From: Lama guanicoe
Taxonomy: Eukaryota
Assembly (NCBI GenBank): GCA_013239625.1
Contig: MU054400.1
Coordinates: 789,146-853,145 of the forward strand
Direction of reading: 5' to 3'
DNA length: 64,000 bases
Shown here one piece after another: positions 19,821 to 33,984 of the stretch. The notes below the pieces were generated by a model. It searched no databases and was not told the origin of the DNA. It saw only the letters and a list, made by a program, of their open reading frames with translations. A program made the position numbers and the translations under genes. The stretch's first letter is position 1. Each line of letters opens with the position of its first letter.

Positions 19821-22800
19821 CGGTCTTTGTTTTGTTTCCCCAGCTGAGGGTGTTTGGGAAGCCAGGTGGTCTGTCTTTCCCCTCTCGTCAGAATCATCTC
19901 TGCGCCGGTTGGAACTACCCCAGAGGGCAGAGTGACCTGCACAGAGGGGATTGGACCTTCCTTTTGGGGGTGGGGGTGGGGGGGAAGGGGTATTAGCCGG
20001 TCATTCTAGCCGCTGTACAGTGACCTGACGTTTTGGGGGTTTGATGGGCTTCTTGCATAGTGGTAGTTTCAACTTCGCATTCCAGTGGGCGGTAATGAAG
20101 AATAGGACCCAAGGGGTGGTAAACAAGGGTATCTGCGTTTTCTTGCCATTATCCCCTTGCGGGAATTGTAATTTAGCCCCCTTTCTGTCCTCATTTTCTG
20201 TTTACTTCAGTAGTGTTTCAAAATGCCCTTTGTCCTCACCCTGCCACCAACTTTACTGGCTTCCCCCTCCGCCCCCCACATGTAGAAACAGCCACAGAGG
20301 GCGGAACGTGTTATGTAGGGAGATTGATAGTTTCCCACTTTAGGAAGACAAAATCGAACCCTTTTGCTCAGATGGCTAACTCTAGTAGATGGGGTGGTCT
20401 CACAGATGAAAAAGATCATCTGAGGTGAGATGGTTTCACGGAGTAGGACGGCTCCTTAGCGACCATAGACATTGTGTCTATTGTTTTCCAGGATTTTAGA
20501 ACAGCGGTTATTACCATTACTGAATCTCGGATTTTTTTTTTTATTCCAAGGTAGGTAACTTGGAGATAGATATTGAGGGTTTTTTGGTGTGACTTTTACC
20601 ATTTTTGGAGGGACAGATTGAAGATTGAATGTTTTAAATGGTGGGGTATAGAGACAGGAAGTGATGCTTAGGAATTGATTTAATTTTTTATTTCCAAAAT
20701 TAGGTAAAATAGGGCCGTGAGTCAGTCTTAGTTTGTTTTGAAGGGAGGGGCTATCTTGGCAAAAGTTCTAAATGAGTGTCTTAGTCATGTAGTTACGTGT
20801 GTTTTTAAGGAGTACCCAATTACTTAAGTTTTCTACTCTTCTAAAGGTAGAAGCCTCAGTTTCAGGCTTGAAATTGGGTCTACTTTGTAGAAAATGTAAA
20901 GAATTGATAGAGGAATGTTTAATATTTATGCCTGTGATAGTCACCGAACACTTAGTTTAAAGCTTGTATTTAGAATATTGTGTATACTAACTATATGCTT
21001 CATACACTCTACTTTTCAGACGCAGATATTTGTAAAATCTGGCCAACTTTAGTGAAGTTTAATTTCCAAAAAGTATCATTGTTTGGTACAATTGATAATC
21101 TAGTTAAATGGAGACTAGCTAGAATGATCTTACTCCAATGCAGTTTGTTAAAAAAAAAAAGGAATAACAACAGCAACAAAAAAAACTATATGAAAGGAAA
21201 TAATGGGTTACAAATTGTAGTGTTTTTGCTTAAGCAATTGTGAAAGGAGTGTGGCAAACCCTCTCAGTTTGGAATAGGTAATACAGAAAGAAGATTCCCT
21301 GCAGCATACAGTGATTTAAATTAAAAGCTTTTTAATTTCAGTCCTATTTGAAGAGAATGGTTTAATCTACAATTTCGTTCTATATGTTAGATTTCTTAAT
21401 CTTGGAGTGTTTTTAACCTTTAATTGTGACATGTAAAACGTGTGAAAATTCTTAAACAGTCTTTGTGTTTCAGCCTTGTGTGAGAATTTTGTTGTTTTTC
21501 TTCTGTTTTTTTTCCTTCTTAATATGAGTTTTTATACCAGTCCTTTGTTGGAAAAAGGCAAATTTATGGTCATGAGCAGTTAACACTGGTGATAGGTTTA
21601 AAACCATTGTTTTTTTAATTTCACTGTTTTTGTCTTTAAACAAGGCATTTAGTGTGCTCTACTACAGCTGCAGTTAAAAGTTGGCACAGACCTTTCTCTA
21701 CTACTTCCTTTGTTGAATGATGGTCCTTCAACATTTAATGTAATTTATTTTCAAGTTAAACTCTTTTCCTCATCTTACATTGCAGTTTCAGGAGACAGTG
21801 GGCTGCCGGTCATTCTTTAAATTTTTCATAATGTAACTCCTTTAGCTTTCACATATTAACAGGCTTCTAACTGATCTTTTTCATCATGAAATAGTTGGCT
21901 CCAGTGTGTTTTAACTGAGCATCTGTTGTGATAGAGACTTGTGAAACCTGTATTTCGCGAATTTGTTTTTTCATCCTGTTTTTGGTTTTTAAATACCTTG
22001 AATCTGTGTGATTCTTAGCTGAGTGTCTGATTTTCTGCACTTATAAAATCTTTTTAGACCTCACTATTTTTTGTCTAGTTTCTTAATCTCATTATTTACC
22101 CAGTGAATTTCTTTGCTGCTTTGCATTTTTCTTCTGGGGTCTATGATTATAGAATAAAAAGTAGGGAGATGGCTTAGAACATCCAGAACACATCTGAACT
22201 TAATTTTGCTAGTGTGGAGCAAGTTGGAATTTTATTGTTACCGAAAGATTAAATTGTTGATCAAGGCAACAGTTAGTGATAACTTTTAACAAGTTTACTC
22301 CCATTCCTGTAAAAAGAACTGTCTTTTCAAATAACTCCCGATAACATAACTTCATCTGGCTGTTTTAGTATAGAACCTCCTTGGAACTCCTGCGTTATTT
22401 ATCTAAATGCATGATAGCAGTGAGTCTAGAGATCAGAAAGTGAGAGTGACTATTTCATGAAGTGCATAACAAAAGTTTAAATGATACAGAGAGCTTAAAG
22501 TATAGTAGTTAACTTTTTGTAGTTTTGGTTTTATTCAGTAATATAAGGGAATGAAATATGGGCATGTTTCATTTTTGGATAACTCTCAACTGATAAAATT
22601 TAGAAAGTATTTATATACGCAAAGTTTTCCTTAATAGGATGTTGTTTATCAGACTTAACATTTTGTTTTATATTAAAGAAGCTCCTCAATAATTGTTTTT
22701 AAAAATAAAGGATATGCATTATTTTCGTTTCTTCTGGAATAAATGAATCTGTTTTCCCCTCCTTCCAAAAAAGAAACCAACCAGACTTAACCCCCTTGTG

Positions 22801-23013
22801 TCTGGCAGTTTTCTTCAGATTATAGCATACTCTATTTTATGACTCTAATTCTTAGTATATAGTTGAAATAATTCTTAAATGACTCTTAGTCTTTTTGACA
22901 TATGGATCCTTTTGAGAGCTTTATCAGTTTTCCTCAGAAGAAGATGAACAATATAGTAATTTGTATGCACTTTCAGAGAGTTAACTGATAGGTTAAGAAT
23001 CCCCTTTTTAAGA

Positions 23014-23196
23014 GGGGGGTGGGGATAGCTCAAGTGTCAGAGCACGTGCTTAGCATGCCCCAGGTCCTGGGTTCAATCCTCAGTACCTCCTGTAAGAATA
23101 AATAAATATATTTACCTCCCCCCACCTCCACTAAAATAGAATAATTAAGTAATACAGCAACAAGTAAATAAAATATTAAAAAAGAAAGGATAAAAA
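23014..23196 (+). mobile_element. tRNA-derived SINE (camelid vic-1 type)
   Basis: ggggatagctcaagtgtcagagc...aggtcctgggttcaatcctcagtacctcc (A and B boxes), A-rich tail, approximate TSD aatc..tttttaag. Confidence 0.85.
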
Positions 23197-24383
23197 AATC
23201 TTTTTAAGGGATTTGGACAGGCAACTTTAAAAACAAAATTAAATGACTTTGAAATTATGGAAGTAATGCTTTTTTTAATGCTTTCTTTTTTTTTAATTAT
23301 ATGATGAGTCAGTCAGTTAAACTTTTTATTTAAAAATTTTTCTTCAGTCATTTGAGAATACCTCTTAGGGCTTTTAGCTGTAACCTTTTTTAGAAGCTGA
23401 ACTTGAGTGCTAGGTGAACTAAGGCAACATTGTAAATGGAAACATAGTCAATGTCTAGTGGTTTCTGGCACAAATACAATTTTAGTGCCCCCTCAAAATA
23501 TAGCACCTCAGTATTTTGGAGTATGATTTTACCCTGTTAAGTCTTAGAATTGCCATCAGCCAGGTAGCACTTGTGACCTAGTTGTGAGAGACCCTTCTGT
23601 TGAAATTTTCTGGTAAAATTTTTTAAATGCCAGTATCAGTGTCCTAAATTTGTTAAAAATAAAAATTATTTCTTTTTGAATGAAGGATTTGAGTCCTCAG
23701 TACTTTTTGCTGCATATTGATTCCTCTTTCTGAGATTTGTGTTGTGTTAGTAAACAGTATTTATTGAACACACATCAAAGGCAAAGCACTGTAAAAAGAG
23801 CAACTACTTCATAAATAGTGAAGTATTAGGACATTTATAACCTTTATGAATGATCATAAAAATCTTTGTACAGACTTTGAAATACAGAAATGTGAGGTGT
23901 AGCTGTTATTAACAGAATTATAATGGTAATTAAAATCAAAGCTTTTAAAGTTTTAAGGCTAGTTAACGCATTGGTCAACATAACCACAGTCTATCATGAT
24001 AAAATGTTCTGTTCTATATTTGCAACTTAGTATTAGTGGGCCTAGTCTAAGTTTCCAGAAGAATCTGTCGGAGATAGTTGAAATAAAGGAGGCCATCTAA
24101 CAAATTGGCCCGCGTCTGCTAATCTAGTTATGGGAAAATAACAAAGAGTTATAAATCCAGAGTTTAGGATTACAGAACTCCATCTTGCTGAAAGGTCGTG
24201 TTTAAAAGTTTAACTTCTTTTATGTTCCTGAACTTCTTTTGGATTGTTTTATGTACAACTTACGTAGATATCCAAATAAGACTGAACTCTTTCTTTGAAA
24301 GTGCTCTCTCTGCACAGAATTAATTCATTTCAACTTTATTCAGTGAGAAATTGTTATTCAGAGTTTATGCTTATGTATCTTTA

Positions 24384-24680
24384 TTTTTTTTGGGGGGGAG
24401 AGAGAATTAGGTTTGTTTATTTATTTGAGTAAAGGTAGATTTATTTAGAGAGATGCATACCACATAGAGTGTAAGGCAAGGAAAGAGGCGTAGGAATTGG
24501 GTGCTCAGGTTAAAGTAAAAGTAGGTACACACTCCATAGACAGAGTGCGGGCCATCTCCAAAGGGGAGGGAGTGAAAAAGTCCTAATTATTATTATTTTT
24601 AATGGAGGTCATGGGATTGAGCTCAGGACCTCATGCATGCTAAGCATGTGCTCTAGCATTTGAGCTATACCCTCCTCCCT
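24384..24680 (-). mobile_element. vic-1 type SINE carrying an internal ~160-bp LTR-like insert
   Basis: Head at ~24600-24680, tail at 24384-24426, 15-bp TSD gctta(t/a)gtatcttta. Confidence 0.85.
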
Positions 24681-25079
24681 GCTTAAGTATCTTTACATGA
24701 AGTGAATGGAATGATACTAAAATAAAAATTTTTTGAATTTTTTTTTTAATTTTGGAGCGGGGTAGGTAATGATGGATACTAAATTGAAGAGATATAGTTA
24801 AGATTGCCAAGATTTGGATGTAAACAAATTCTTCCATATGGGAAAATTCAGATTTGGAAATATGTATTTATGATAGAGAGTGATAGTTTAAGCACTTTCA
24901 CTTAATTTGCTTTAATAACAAATGTAAAAATGCTTTTGTTAAAACACAATGAATTAAATTACTGTTGTGAATCTAGTGGCATGGTCAGTAGAATGAGCAC
25001 TTAAAACATGCTAAAACTTTGAATGTTGTGTCTAATTGGCAGATACAAGCTAGTATCCTTAGTATAGTAATATAGGTGT

Positions 25080-25290
25080 TAGTAGCTGACATTTATTGAA
25101 TGCTTACTATATGCCACATACTTGACATAGACGATCTCATAATCCTTCTGTGAGGTGTGGTCACTATTACTCTTACTATATATGTAGGAAAACAGTCGCA
25201 GAGCGTATTTGACTTGCCCCAGGGTCCTCAGCTAGAAAGTTGTAATACCGAGCTGTCATAACTGGACTGATTGACTTTAAAGCCTATGTT
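25080..25290 (-). mobile_element. MIR SINE
   Basis: gctgacatttattgaatgcttactatatgcca...gacttgccccagggtcctcagctagaaagt. Confidence 0.75.
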
Positions 25291-27929
25291 ATTCTCTTGA
25301 GACCTTTTTTCACTTAAGATAATGTTTGAAGGTATAAAAGTGGAGCTTTAAGAAAATAAAATTTATGGAGCATTTGAAAGGGAACTTTTTGTTTAAAATT
25401 TTATGACTTTAAAGGTCACAAGTGTGATTATCTGTCCCTTCCAATTATTGGGAGAGATTGTTATGACTTCAGTCTATAACTCTTAAATTCACTGGAGAAA
25501 ATTGGATTTTTGTTGTTCTTGGACAACTTGGATTAGAGAGTGACATCATATTGCAGAAGTATTTTTTAATTGGCAAATATGATTCCTTTGATAACAACTT
25601 TCTCATTAAGGGAAGAGTAGGATGGTGATAGAATTCAGAAATGAATCTGAGAAGACTAGTTTTGGAATTAGAAATGATGATAAAACACCTGAAGTGACGG
25701 GAGGATGATAGAGGGAGTTAAATTTGTTAATACAGTATTGTTTTATATTTTAAAAGGATGCCTTAACAGTGTAAGATTAAAACTTTTTTTTGTTATTCTT
25801 TCAGTTGAGTCTGTTAACTGTTATTCCTTATCTCTATTACAGCACCTTTAGATCATTGCCATAGTTTTAATTTATTCTGTATTTGGATTTTCAAATTTAT
25901 TATTTAGTCATCTGCTTTACTGTATTTGCTGTATGGGCAGCTGATGCTTAATTTGAAGGATAAATCCCATGAAATAATTTGGCATGTATGGCTCACTTAG
26001 TGGCATACATAGTAATTCAGGTTGTAAACATTGAACGTTTACTTACTTTATTGAAAATAATCCTGGCCCTATTTATAAGATAGTATTAAGGATTGGTAAA
26101 GTCACCAAAACTTGGACAGTATGTAGTAATCCTTCATGGAACAGAACTTTTTAAAGCTTAGAAAACAGATTTTTGAGTTTACTTCCTGATATATATGGCA
26201 AAACAAAAAAATTCATTATTCAAAAGCATATCTTTCATATGATTTGAAACTTTAATTTTGAAATTGCAGTATAAGCACGGGTGAAGTTAGTCTAATACTT
26301 CACATTCACATTTCATTTTTGGACTAAAAAATAGTTTACTCAGATTATTTACCTCATTCACCAGGTTGAATCTGAATCACCTTTGAATTTTAAACAAAAC
26401 AAAGTCCACACTAGAGAAGTGAAGATTTGCCACTAGTAAGAACATTAAGATGTGCAATAGGCTCTGAAGGCAGTTCTCAAAAAAAAAGGGAATCCTGAAT
26501 TGTTTTGAGCAATGTCAGTCTAGCACTGTTGGAGTGGGTATATCGTCAGCCTTCTGAGGTATTTGCTCTGAAGAGGGCAAAGCTCATTTGAGTTCTGGTA
26601 GTTGGGTTTAAAACAAACAAAACTTATTACTTAAGGCCCATCTTGGTCTTACCACATAACTGCTATTTCCCTCATTGGCTAAACAAGGGTAAGAATAATA
26701 TATTTAAGCCAGTAAGGACTAACACCTGTGGGAAAACTGCAGCGTTAATGTGAAAAAAAAGAAAAAAAAAGTATAGTAACTATGTTCTCAGTGTTTCTAC
26801 ACTGAGTTCTTTGGATTTTGGTTATCATATTTCATGGGAAGTTTGCTAGACAAAAAGAGAAGTCTTACTGAAGGTATGGAAATTCTGTGGAATTTAGATT
26901 AAGATGTAAGGAGTCATGTGTTAAAAGGGCTTTAAAGGGAGAGTACCTCCTGAGTTTTGAATTGGTAAGTCTCCACCTTTCTTATATAACCATTTTTTTC
27001 TGAAGTAATTTTTATTGGTAAATTGTGGAATAAGTTATGTATAGAAAGGCTCCTTAAATTAAAAAAAGAATGTTGCTAGTAGGTGGTACAACTGGAAAAG
27101 TTAACTGAAGGACAGTATATAAGTATAGTATTAAGGAAATCAATTATTTCTAGCTTAAAAAAATTTTTTTTCTATTGTGACTAAACCTAGTTGTGTGTGA
27201 CTCTAAATAAACTCTTAAGATTATAGCTCCTTAAGAAATGCTGGTGGGTCTTTTACGTATCTTTGAAATTCCTTAGTATTTGGCATAGGACCTAAAAGAG
27301 TAATACTTAATCTTTTGGTGGAGGTCACATCCTTTGAGAATGACAGCACCCTCCGCCTCCTGCCTCCAAAGTCTTCGTGAAGTTTCAAGTTACTGATAAC
27401 CTGAATTTCCTCCATAGATCTTAGATGAACATAGTGAGTGGTAATACTAGTAGCTAAGTATTTGGACTACTTAATTTCTCAAGTTATGCTTTCCCTTTTT
27501 GGAAGAAATTGGATTTTGTTTGGGTTTTTCCATCAGTGACATTTTTCTATAGTTGCCAGATTGCCTCAAATAAATCAATGTTCTTGGTGACCGAAGGTTT
27601 AGCTAAAAATTAAGATTGAAATCTTGGTTATACAGTAATATAGGACGTTAGGATCTTTATAAAGGGCTCCTCTTACAGTTTAAGTATTAGAAAATTTATT
27701 TAGGAGAGATTAAGAATTTGGAGCAGTGATAATGAGAGGTAGTAGCAAAATCTGCTGGCTTTAGCAACCTTGACTTCCGTAATCCTATGAAGATCAAGAT
27801 TTCTTCACCTTATTTGGAAAATCTAATGAATAGAACAAAACAATTAAACCTAGTTTTGTTTTAGTATTTCAGAAGACATTAGATTAAATCTTTTAAAAGC
27901 AGACTAGAAGTGCATTTTAGAAGTTTAGA

Positions 27930-28044
27930 GGGGAGGATATAGCTCAGTGATAGAGTGCATGCCTAGCATGCACAAGGTCCTGGGTTCAATCCTCAGTACT
28001 TCCATTAAAAAAAAAAATCTAATTCCCCTCCCCCCCAAAATAAA
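27930..28044 (+). mobile_element. tRNA-derived SINE (vic-1 type)
   Basis: ggggaggatatagctcagtgatagagtgcatgcctagcatgcacaaggtcctgggttcaatcc, tail ctaattcccctcccccccaaaa. Confidence 0.9.
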
Positions 28045-28429
28045 TAGTGACTATAAATGTTATGAATGTTTTAATGGTTCTTGATACATTAAAGAAATCA
28101 GGATAATTAGAAATTTTTATAGCTGAACATGCATGCAGACATGCAGAGAATAGTTTTGGTGATGTTTAGCCAGGTAATTTTGGTGATGTTTACCAAATAT
28201 ATAAATACATTTTTCTCTACTCCATGTATATAGTCTCCTAAATATAAGATTAACTACATCTTGTTTATTCTGTTTTCATATATAATATCTTGAACAAATT
28301 AATTGTTAACAAGGTGGTGTAGGGAGGGACTTCTAAAATAGGTTAAATTTCTCTGGTGTGTGAATTGTAACACACACAGTCTCCTGAGGTTATTGTTCCA
28401 GCTAACAAATATATCCTGAAGACTTTTAA

Positions 28430-29130
28430 GTCTACATACCCAGTTAGACCTCTTGAGTTTTTGCCTGCCAATTAGACATTTCCGCTAGTATGTGTTATTT
28501 ACACTAAACACTAAACTCTTAAATACTAAACTGAGCTCTACCTTTTCCCATAAGCCTCTTTTATGTTCCCTCTCGTGGATATTGGACACTGTCTACCCGG
28601 TAACACAGGCCTAGAAGCTGGAAATCAGTTCAGATGATTTCTGCTTCCTTCTTCCACATATCCAGTTGTTTTTAGTATCTCGTGTGTTTGGTATTTAGCT
28701 TCTCTTCTTTATTCCTACAGCCACCATGTAAATTCACACTCACTTAGACTATGACAGTAGTGTCTTTACTCTGTCTTGTGGCTCCTCTGGTCTATAATAT
28801 CCCCAGAGTGACCTTTCTAGAGCTCTAATCTGACCTGTCCCCGCCCTTGCCAAAACCCCCCCCCCAAAAGACAGAGAGGAGTTATCAGCTCATCTTCCAC
28901 AAACTTAAATAAAAATTCCTTTGTTTGACATACAAGACCCTTTTGATTGTTGCTTACTTTCCCAATTGTATTTCCTGTTCTTGCCCCATTAGGTAGTCTT
29001 TTGACAGTACCATTGCCTAACCTGTTAACTGTCTGGAATGCCCTTTTCAATTTTTGTCCTGTGCCCTTTTTATTCCGGTGAACTCTAGCTATTATTTTAA
29101 AGACCTAATTCACTCTGAATGATGTTCTTG
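28430..29130 (+). mobile_element. Diverged L2 fragment
   Basis: aaactgagctc..., cacttagactatgacagtag, tctggaatgcccttt L2-type motifs. Confidence 0.55.
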
Positions 29131-29459
29131 GGTTCTCTTCCTCTGATCCCCACTCCCCCCTGTTAAAGATTGTTTTAAAGTAAACCCCAGACATCATATC
29201 CTTTCATCGCTAAATACTGGAGTCTCTAAAAGACAAGAAATCTTTTAAAAAACATAATGGTATTATTCTTACACTTACTAAATAAACAATAAATAATATT
29301 ATCTAACATCCAATCAGTGTTCAGATTTCCCCAGTTGTCTCATAGGTATCCTGTTAAGTTAGTTTGAATTAACATCCAAAATAAGGTCTACAGTTGCACT
29401 TGGCTGATAGGCTTCTTAGGACTTTCTTAATCTATGTATTTCCCTTCCTCCTTTTTTTA

Positions 29460-30080
29460 AAATAACAGCATCCTTGAGAAACAATTTACATGTGATACAA
29501 TTCACTCATTTAAATGTACAATTCAATGGTTTTTAGTATATTCACAGTTATACAGCCATCACCACAATTTTAGAACATTTTCATCACTCCAAAAAGAAAC
29601 CCATTAGCAGTCATTTCCCCCCCGGCCTAGGTCATCAGTCTATTTGCTGGAGCTGTAGATTTGCCTATTCTGTAAGTGTATAGATCTACATTTCATATAA
29701 ATGTAATAATAATAAATGGTTTTTCACTTAGCTTTGTTTTTAAGGTTCATGTATGTTGTGGTGTGTATCTATATTACTCCTTTTCATTGTTAAAATGTCC
29801 ATTCTATGGACATTTTATTTATCTGTTCACCATTTGATGAACATTTGGGTTGTTTTCCACTATTTGGTTATTATAAATGCTGATAGGAATGTTTGTGTAC
29901 AAGTTTCAGTGTGAATATATGGTTTCATCTCTTTTGGGTATTTACCTAGGCATAGAATTACTGGGTCATATGATAACTCTGTGTAACCATTTGAGGAACT
30001 GCCAGACTGTTTTCCAATTTTACATTCCCACCAGTAGTATGAGGGTTCTCATTTCTCTACATCTTCACCAACACTTGTTT
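29460..30080 (-). mobile_element. L1MB-like 3' end
   Basis: tacaattcaatggtttttagtatattcacag...tttgaggaactgccagactgttttcc. Confidence 0.8.
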
Positions 30081-30989
30081 TCTCTCTCTCAAAAAATTTT
30101 TATTGGTTAGCAATTGAATATATTTAACTGCTGAACTGCTATCTTCAGTTTTAAGGAATTCACTATTGGACTGGCGATAATTATACTTTATTACAAACTA
30201 AGGGATATTATAGTACTAAAAGGACAGGAAAGTTACTGTTTCTAACCCTGGAGGTCACCAGACATTTGGTATAAAGTAATTATGGTAAGTTCTAGCCCTA
30301 AACCTAGTTAGCTACCTATTTTTCACACCTTACTTCTTTTCTGGTTTAATTCATAAACCTCTTCCTACAGGACCTAGTTGTATGTCAGCTTCAGCATGGA
30401 GCCATTTAAATTTAGGTTAGTAGATTTGGTGGGGAAAAATACTAAGTTCATGATGGAGTTAACCTATTATGTAGGTGTTATATAGGAATTTCCTAACATA
30501 TAATAATGAGGGACATTTATTAAGTGTGTTCATTTATTATTTTTCTTTAAAGTAATCTAGGAAAACAATTCAAGCAGTATGAAAGTCTTTTTCTCCCCTG
30601 AAAATCATTTAACTGATATGTAATCCTCCAGAAATAGTCTGTTTATATACAAATATATGTATGCATTTGTAAACTATAAATGTGGTTATACTCTAAGTTT
30701 TCTTCTGCATCTTGCTTTTTTAAAAAAAATAACAGTTTATCTTGGCAGTCTTTCTATTATTAATACTTGAGGACTGTCTCATCATTTGTAACTATTGCTC
30801 AGTATTCCACTTGTTAAGGAAATACTTTATTTTCCTGTTGATGGACAATTGTTTTCAGTTCTTTACTTTTATAAGCAAAGCTGAAAGGGACATTTTTACA
30901 TACCTCTATACTTTTGTGAGTAGATTTGCTGGATTGAAGGGTATGTGTGTTTGTTTATTATGGCTTTAAAATTGATTAATAATTACTGA

Positions 30990-31697
30990 TTTTTTAATTG
31001 AAGTATAGTCAGCTTACAATGTGTCAATTTATTGCGTACAGCATAATAGTTCAGTCACACATATGCATATATATATTTCTTTTCATATTCTTTTTCATTA
31101 TAGGTTACTGCAGGATAGTGAATACAATTCCCTGTGCTATATAGTATAAACTTGTTGTTCATCTTTTTTATATATAGTAGTTTGTACCTGCAAATCTCGA
31201 ACTCCCAATTTATCCTTTCCCACCCTCTACCCCCTGGCAACCACAAGTTTGTTTTCTATGTCTGTGAGTCTGTTTCTGTTTTGTAAATAAGTTCATTTGT
31301 CTTTTTTTAGATTCCACATATAACTGATATCATATAGTATTTTTCTTTCTCTTTCTGCCTTCACTTAGAGTGAAAATCTCCAGGTACATCCATGTTGCTG
31401 CAAATGGCATTTTTTATGGCTGAGTAGTAGTCCATTCTATAAGTATACTGCAACTTCTTTATACAGGTGTCTGTCGATGGACATTTAGGTTGTTTCCATG
31501 TTGGGTTTGTAAATAGTGTTACTATGAACATTGGGGTGCATGTATCTTCTCAAATTAAAGTTTCTTCTGGATATATGCCCGGGAGTGGGACTCCTGAACC
31601 AAATAGTAAGTCTGTTTTTAGTCTTTTGTGAAGTCTTCATACTGTTTTCCATAATGGCTACACCAAACTACATTCCTACCAACAGTGTAGGAGAGTT
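30990..31697 (-). mobile_element. Young L1 3' end (3' UTR plus ORF2 C-terminal remnant)
   Basis: tttaattgaagtatagtcagcttacaatg...gatggacatttaggttgtttccatg...cattcctaccaacagtgtagg. Confidence 0.9.
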
Positions 31698-33304
31698 CAA
31701 AGGGTATGTGTACTTATATTTTGCTAAAGAGTCAAATTACCCTTCAAAAATATTTATTTGTATTCCATAATGTAATCTATGTGGGTATTGTAAAACTGTT
31801 TGCAGTTCTAAGTCAGCCTTTATGGTGATTGTTTCTTTTAATTGTAAGTGAAATTTAGCTTACTTTTATGTCATTGGCCATTTGTAGTATTTATGCAAGT
31901 TGTCTGTACTAGTCCTTTGCCTATTTTTCTTCAGCAGTTTTTTTTAATAAAGGCTGCTTGCCTAAAGGAAGTTAAATGTATTGCATGTTGCAAATATCTT
32001 TTCCTGTGTGTCATTTATTAATGATATAATTTAAAATATTAACTTACGCTTAGAATTCTGTCCAAAGTTAAACATGAAGACAAGCACAGAGAAAGTTGTG
32101 TTGTCACTGTCTTGACAGCAGAATAGAAGAATTTATAGGGTTTAGAGTGAGCTCTCTTAACATTGTCATGTAGACTTTTATGTTCATATTCTGTGAAAAA
32201 GCTTGATACTAATGATGTACAAGCTGATACAGAAGTACCTGTATTTATCTTTGTAAGTGGCAGTAAGAAACTTTATGAAAATCAAATGTTTATCCCCAGT
32301 TATGTCAACACATTTATTGTAGAAAGTTTTAAAAGTTCTTGGAACTGTGAAGAAAAAAGTTCGTTGTGATGATGCTTCTAGAAATAATACTTTTAAATAT
32401 ATTTCCTCTGAAATATGCTAGGTTCAATTTAAAAAATACTGTGTATCCATTTTTTAGAAATAGTATATTTTGAACATTTTCCCAACTATCTGTTATTTAA
32501 CCTTTTCCCTTTGTTGAACATGGAGATTTATTTTGCTTTCTAAACAATACTACATTGAATTTTATATGTGTGTGTGTCTTTCACAAAAGTTTTTGGTACT
32601 GGATATATTGGGTCAAAAGTTATGAACACCAAGGTGGCTACTATGGGCTTAGTTTTAATTAATTGTGTATAGGAAAGTTAAAGGGCCTATAATAGTGAAA
32701 ACAATTCCAAAAAAGAACAAAATTGGAAGATTCACAATGTCTAATTTTAAGATGTACTGTAAAGCTAGCCAGTGTGGTATATGGGCCAGAGGAATAGAAT
32801 AGAGTGATGTATTTATGTACCAAAGATAATATGTCTGCAGGTACTATGTTAGCCAAAAAAGGATACTTGAAAATTCATTGTTATGTGGCTGCTCTGTACC
32901 ACCAAATACCGTCTTCCTATCCTACCATGAAACACACACCTGTGAAATTATAACCAAAATTTTTCCTTAAGCTTTGGAATTTTTAATACCTTACATAATT
33001 TTATTCCAGTAATTTTTGTGTATGATGTTTTTAATGAGTAATTGATAGTTTTGATTTTTGTTCAGACAAGAAATTGTTTCTTAATATATTTGAGTAATAA
33101 ATTTCCTTAGTAATTGAGAACATGAGTAGAAAGTATTGCTAAACTGAATATTTCAGCTTCTTAGGTAATGCTTTATCATTTAGAGAAAGATTTAGGGCCT
33201 AAGTAAACCATCAGTGTATTTTTTCTCATAAATAATTAACACTATCAATATTAACATCAGAAATATGGAAAACATTTATCTTAAAGCTTGCTATTTTTAT
33301 TTGT

Positions 33305-33645
33305 GCATTCATCAACGAATATTTATTGAACACTTACGTGTCAAATACTGCTTTAAGTGCTGAGGATACAGTGTTGTTCAAAAGCCAAAAATTCCTAATT
33401 CATGTACTTTTCATTCTAGTGGGAGAAGGCAATGAACAAAAAGTATGTGGCATGTTAGAAAGTAGTTAAGTTCTAAGGAGAAAAGTGTGAAGCAGTGAGG
33501 TAAGGTGTGAATGTGGGAAGAGGATATTAAAATTTTTCTTTGTGTGTGACAGTTTATCTCTGAAGACAGGTGGAGGTGACTTTTGGTTGGAATACAGTCA
33601 TAAGGAAGGGGTGGAGTTAAACCACGAGGATCCACAGAAGAGTAT
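33305..33645 (-). mobile_element. L2 3' end
   Basis: cattcatcaacgaatatttattgaacacttac...tacttttcattctagtgggag. Confidence 0.75.
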
Positions 33646-33984
33646 CTTACTTACTGGAGAGCTAAAGAATAGAATGTTACTTACTGAATGCCCTCCTGGG
33701 TTAGTCAAGTAGAAGGCACTGAGTAAAAATTGAATTGTTTGTTTGCTGTTGTAAAGGCTTGCAATTAGATTTTTTTTTAGTGCATCTAATTTCTTGGGTT
33801 TTTAAGGGTTATGATTTTAGAGTCCATAAGCAACTTTAGAGATTATAGCCTCAGGGTTGCCACTTAAAACTGTTGGTGGTTTTAATTTCTCAGTGGAGTT
33901 AGGGAATAGGCATTACATATTTTAGTGATCCTTTTGAGTTTTATTGTGCTAAACCTCATTCTTAATGTTAAAGAACAAAGAGGC

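Noticed and set aside
27930..28003. tRNA-Ala-like gene (also at 23014, 24680 and 55730)
   Set aside because: Each copy continues into a shared A-rich SINE tail, some with TSDs, and has diverged stems; these are SINEs, not tRNA genes
28153..28192. Direct repeat ttttggtgatgttta with a short spacer
   Set aside because: Only two copies, a simple local duplication in a eukaryotic intron; not an array
30938..31711. aagggtatgtgt repeated on both sides of the young L1 as a possible TSD
   Set aside because: The left copy is ~40 nt from the poly(T) end and the similarity decays; it cannot be called cleanly
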